Shown here: piece after piece, positions 60,718-64,000 of the stretch
Numbering within the stretch: the first letter of the stretch is position 1
Layout of the letters: each line of letters begins with the position of its first letter
Virus record (IMG/VR): IMGVR_UViG_3300035152_000033
Coordinates: 15,980 to 79,979 of that record
Length of the DNA stretch: 64,000 nt
Direction: 5' to 3' (one strand)
Source: a virus
Lineage: Duplodnaviria; Caudoviricetes
The notes under the pieces: generated by a model
What the model was told of the DNA's origin: nothing
Databases searched by the model: none
What the model saw: only the letters and a program-made list of their open reading frames with translations
Position numbers and translations under genes: made by a program

Positions 60718-60750
60718 ATTATACCTGCAAATTATTAAAAAAGCATGTAC
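60718..60750 (-). promoter_or_regulatory. Class II promoter (ligase)
   Basis: GTACA-N22-TATAAT. Confidence 0.7.
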
Positions 60751-60777
60751 AATAAAAAAAATAAAAGACCTTAAGGC

Positions 60778-60999
60778 CTAAATCTCAGGTAATTCCTCTT
60801 TAATTCTTTTTAAGCCTTCCTCTGATATAAGCAAAATCTTTTTTGCCCCTATATACCGCAACTCCTCTGGCCTAAACTTGGACTCTTCAATCATTTGATG
60901 TATACGAGTCCTTTTTCTATATAAAATATCCGCGACATCCCCAACAGTATACCACCCGCTTAAAGGCAATATCTTACTCTTGTCAAAACGTTCTATCAT
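60778..60999 (-). CDS. Excisionase/MerR-like HTH protein
   Basis: YTVGDVADILYRKRTRIHQMI...ILLIS. Confidence 0.65.
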   Translation of the reverse strand: MIERFDKSKILPLSGWYTVGDVADILYRKRTRIHQMIEESKFRPEELRYIGAKKILLISEEGLKRIKEELPEI

Positions 61000-61002
61000 G
61001 AC

Positions 61003-61527
61003 TCATCCTCCTATAAATTTTTTACACTTCTCCAACCAATCTATATAAACTTTATTAGATGTCTTTCCTTTATCTAATAAATCTTTAAGCGACCAGCACC
61101 TATTAATTTCATTTATTTTAACACGAAACTGGTCATTTGTCAATGTACCTAAAAACTCTCTAAACATCCTCTCTACTACATCAGAGTAATCTCCCGTAAA
61201 AGGAATAGTGTTCTTAATCTTATAAAATCTCTCCTCATAATCCTCCATATGTATATTAATACTAAACCTTTTAATTAATAAATTACACGCTGATCCAAAA
61301 GACATATCTTCCATTTCTTTAACAAACTCTATAACATCCCAAACCTTATCACAGGTCCAACAAAAAACAGTATTTGTATCAGGGTAAATACGAGCAGACT
61401 TTTTAACATCCGCTCCATGAAAAGGACAATTAATTTGCTCCTTAACATCACCCATATAAGATATTTTATATATGTCTAAAACATTATAAATTGACACACT
61501 ACTTTTTATAGCTTCTACCAAATCCAT
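61003..61527 (-). CDS. Stand-alone CHC2 zinc-finger (primase zinc-binding domain) protein
   Basis: Start MDLVEAIK after GGAGG; CPFH...FCWTC...DVIEFV...MSFGSA. Confidence 0.85.
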   Translation of the reverse strand: MDLVEAIKSSVSIYNVLDIYKISYMGDVKEQINCPFHGADVKKSARIYPDTNTVFCWTCDKVWDVIEFVKEMEDMSFGSACNLLIKRFSINIHMEDYEERFYKIKNTIPFTGDYSDVVERMFREFLGTLTNDQFRVKINEINRCWSLKDLLDKGKTSNKVYIDWLEKCKKFIGG

Positions 61528-61655
61528 CGACTTATATCCTCCAAAAAAGAACCTAAAAATACTAAAAACATTCCCCATAAATAAATAATTATAGGTACCC
61601 ATAAAACCATAAGCATCATATAAAAAATAATACTAAACCAAGGTATTTTACGCAT
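61515..61655 (-). CDS. 46-aa hydrophobic membrane peptide (not in ORF track)
   Basis: TAATG coupling to the dnaB stop; MRKIPWFSIIFYMMLMVLWVPIIIYLWGMFLVFLG... Confidence 0.5.
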   Translation of the reverse strand: MRKIPWFSIIFYMMLMVLWVPIIIYLWGMFLVFLGSFLEDISRWIW

Positions 61656-63154
61656 TATAAATCATCTCCATCATTATTATCCAATAAGTCTACTCGTTCT
61701 ACTTCTTTGCTTTTAATCACACAACAATCACTAAGCCAATCTAAATAAAACTCATTGATTTTATCATTACCATCTCTATATTTTAAAATCTGAGCTTTTA
61801 TCTCATTAGGTCTATCAGGTACAACTAAATGAGATAAAATCAAATCCGCAGTTTTTTCAGCCTCAGAAGTCTCACTCATACAGGCCTTAGTATAAGTACC
61901 ACTCTTAATAGCTTCCAACCAATTAGCTCTTGATATTTGATATGGAGCTAATAATAAAACTCCTCTACTATCATCAAGATGCTTATGATTAACTGCCATT
62001 TGTTTAGACTCCATTATTATATCGTTTAATTCTTCCCTTCTAGACTGTCTACCTCTAGCCACACCAGCTAGACGAATCTCATCCCATACAGCTACATGAA
62101 TAAAAAACTCATGTTCATATTTAACTAATAAAGAATTTATATAATTTACAGTACATTTATTAGGTATTTGTTCAATCTTAAATAACCCATACTCCTTATT
62201 ATTAGTCAAATCATCAACTACATCAAAAAAGATTTTTTCCTCAGCAGGACTTAAAAGACCTTTCTTTATATTATCCGCAGGTAAACCTTTAGGATAATTA
62301 AATTTAGGATGTATAGAATGCCTAGAAATTAATCTCCTTCTTACTTGATTTCTTAAAGTCTCTGCCGTACAAAACAAAGTATTCTTACCTTGCAACATAG
62401 CATTATAAGTAATATTAATACACTCAGTAGTTTTACCCTCACCAGAAAAACCTGCTATAAACCACATTTCACCAGGGCAACCACCACCAGTCAAATCATC
62501 AACTTCCTTAATACCTGTCATTACTCTAAAAAGAGAACCATCCCCATGCTTAGCCTCTGCATATTCCTTTCTGATATCCTCAGATTCATCTTGAATATTA
62601 CCAGTAGGTAAATCCAAACCACCAACCTTATCAATATCCGTTAAAGAAATATCATAATATTCCTTAGCCGCATGAAAACCCCTACATACTTTACCCTGAA
62701 TAGTTTTACCACTAGTTAAGATTTGCATAGTGTCAGCCAAAACACTACCATATCTATCAATTTGAGTTTGCTTTCTTAAACGTTCTAAAGCATAAGTAAA
62801 CTCCGAATTACTTATATAACCCTTGCTTCCATCTGGCAAACTATTAACATCTACAATAGGCTCGCCAAAAACAAACTCTAAAAAGAGCTGTTGATATTCA
62901 TATAATAAAGCCTCCGTCATATCATCTGAATTTCTAATTGAATCTATGAAATCATTTATACTTATTAAATTATTAGTTAACCTAAAATATCTTACAACAA
63001 TAGTATAAATAATTTTATTTTTTCCAGTAAAATGAGCATCACTCAAATAATGGACAAAATCTTTTACTCTTTTATTACTTTCTACTTGGCTATTATTTTT
63101 ATTAAATAAGCCAAACATCACTCTTTTTTCATAATACTCAGTATTTTCCAGCAT
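61655..63154 (-). CDS. dnaB: DnaB-like replicative helicase
   Basis: TGIKEVDDLTGG, AGFSGEGKT, WDEIRL, PYQISR, EKTAD, ILKYRDG. Confidence 0.9.
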   Translation of the reverse strand: MLENTEYYEKRVMFGLFNKNNSQVESNKRVKDFVHYLSDAHFTGKNKIIYTIVVRYFRLTNNLISINDFIDSIRNSDDMTEALLYEYQQLFLEFVFGEPIVDVNSLPDGSKGYISNSEFTYALERLRKQTQIDRYGSVLADTMQILTSGKTIQGKVCRGFHAAKEYYDISLTDIDKVGGLDLPTGNIQDESEDIRKEYAEAKHGDGSLFRVMTGIKEVDDLTGGGCPGEMWFIAGFSGEGKTTECINITYNAMLQGKNTLFCTAETLRNQVRRRLISRHSIHPKFNYPKGLPADNIKKGLLSPAEEKIFFDVVDDLTNNKEYGLFKIEQIPNKCTVNYINSLLVKYEHEFFIHVAVWDEIRLAGVARGRQSRREELNDIIMESKQMAVNHKHLDDSRGVLLLAPYQISRANWLEAIKSGTYTKACMSETSEAEKTADLILSHLVVPDRPNEIKAQILKYRDGNDKINEFYLDWLSDCCVIKSKEVERVDLLDNNDGDDL

Positions 63155-63166
63155 TAAAACAACCCC

Positions 63167-64000
63167 TTACTTAAAAAGTGTTAATAAATCTTGTACAGAC
63201 AACTCATTAAAAATATCTGAGTTTTCATTAAAAATATTATCATGCACAGCTTGTCTTTTTTCCAATTTTTCTATTAATCTCTCCTCAAAAGTAGCACGAG
63301 ACAATAGCATTATAAAAAAAGCTGTTTTATACACCGACCCAGTTCGTCTAATTCTACCCACTAACTGAGACACTCTAGCTGGATTAGCTAAAACATCTAC
63401 AGCAATTAAATATCTGGCACACTGCAAATTAGCACTACATTCAATCGCAGTGGTACCCAACATAACTCTACAATCAGGATCATCCCAAAATCTTTTCTTA
63501 TAAGCATGTTTTAAAGTCTTACTTTCTTCCCCAGTCATTAAAACATACTTAATTTTTAAAGCTTCTAATCTCTCACCCAACACTTTTAAAGTATCTTTAT
63601 GTTGAGCAAAAATCACCACTTTATCATTAGCCATAGGACCATTAAAACCTAACTCAGCATTACTATACAATTGACTGATAATCCAATCAAATTTCCAACT
63701 ATAGTCTTTACCATCAGCCCCTATAGCTTTTGTACTATTCACAACTTTCTGCATATTATGAATATGCTTTTTTGCTTCCACTTTTTGACCACTCTTTAAT
63801 AATTCAACTACACCTTTTTGCAATTCTTTATATAGTTTAGCCTGTACCTTATTCAAATTACCCCATATTTTATCAGTCACTAGATCAGGCATTTCACTTT
63901 CAATATCCTCTATAGTCCTCCGCAAGAAAAAGGGTTCTATAATTCTCTTAAATTCATCTATATGCTTATAAGAAACTATATTATCCCTGGTAACTAACCT
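63167..64000 (-). CDS. SNF2-family helicase, C-terminal part (start outside window)
   Basis: Frame stays open to the window edge; PFFLRRT, KVVIFAQ, ANLQCA, NPARVSQLVGRIRRTG, TFEE. Confidence 0.88.
   Translation of the reverse strand, partial: RLVTRDNIVSYKHIDEFKRIIEPFFLRRTIEDIESEMPDLVTDKIWGNLNKVQAKLYKELQKGVVELLKSGQKVEAKKHIHNMQKVVNSTKAIGADGKDYSWKFDWIISQLYSNAELGFNGPMANDKVVIFAQHKDTLKVLGERLEALKIKYVLMTGEESKTLKHAYKKRFWDDPDCRVMLGTTAIECSANLQCARYLIAVDVLANPARVSQLVGRIRRTGSVYKTAFFIMLLSRATFEERLIEKLEKRQAVHDNIFNENSDIFNELSVQDLLTLFK

Noticed and set aside
2107-62611. All plus-strand ORFs in the track
   Set aside because: Short, lacking RBSs, and antisense to well-supported minus-strand genes; treated as shadow ORFs.
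1-64000. Stop-codon reassignment
   Set aside because: Conserved genes are full length in code 11, and TAA, TAG and TGA all terminate genes at sensible positions.
1-64000. tRNA or rRNA genes
   Set aside because: No cloverleaf with a T-loop consensus or rRNA-like sequence was seen by eye; tRNAscan-SE would be needed to confirm.

Overview
A 64-kb segment of a large, AT-rich (roughly 30% GC by eye) tailed dsDNA phage genome. Strong AGGAGG ribosome-binding sites and sigmaA-type promoters suggest a Firmicutes host (inference). Essentially every real gene is on the minus strand. In coordinate order: portal (partial), large and small terminase, a membrane-protein cluster, dnaX, a 951-aa radical SAM fusion protein, a DNA methyltransferase, and about 22 kb of small accessory genes (amidoligase, secreted papain-like protease, RyR, KilA-N, many CxxC mini-proteins). 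These are followed by a recombination/replication module: split Rad50/SbcC with an intein, Mre11, Cas4-like nuclease, beta clamp, RecA, RuvC, SSB, family A polymerase, split primase, HolA, HolB, sigma factor, ligase, DnaB and an SNF2 helicase (partial). Two repeated promoter classes are visible, with 11 and 14 copies. The most novel signal is non-coding: about a dozen ORF-free promoter-to-hairpin units. One of them is antisense to the conserved 5' leader and RBS of eight early transcripts, one is complementary to the terminator loop in front of the radical SAM gene, and two are kissing-loop double hairpins. The replisome also looks hybrid: a PolA with a DnaE-like C-terminal domain plus a complete bacterial-type clamp and clamp loader. 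All calls come from reading the sequence by eye; no database searches or folding programs were run.
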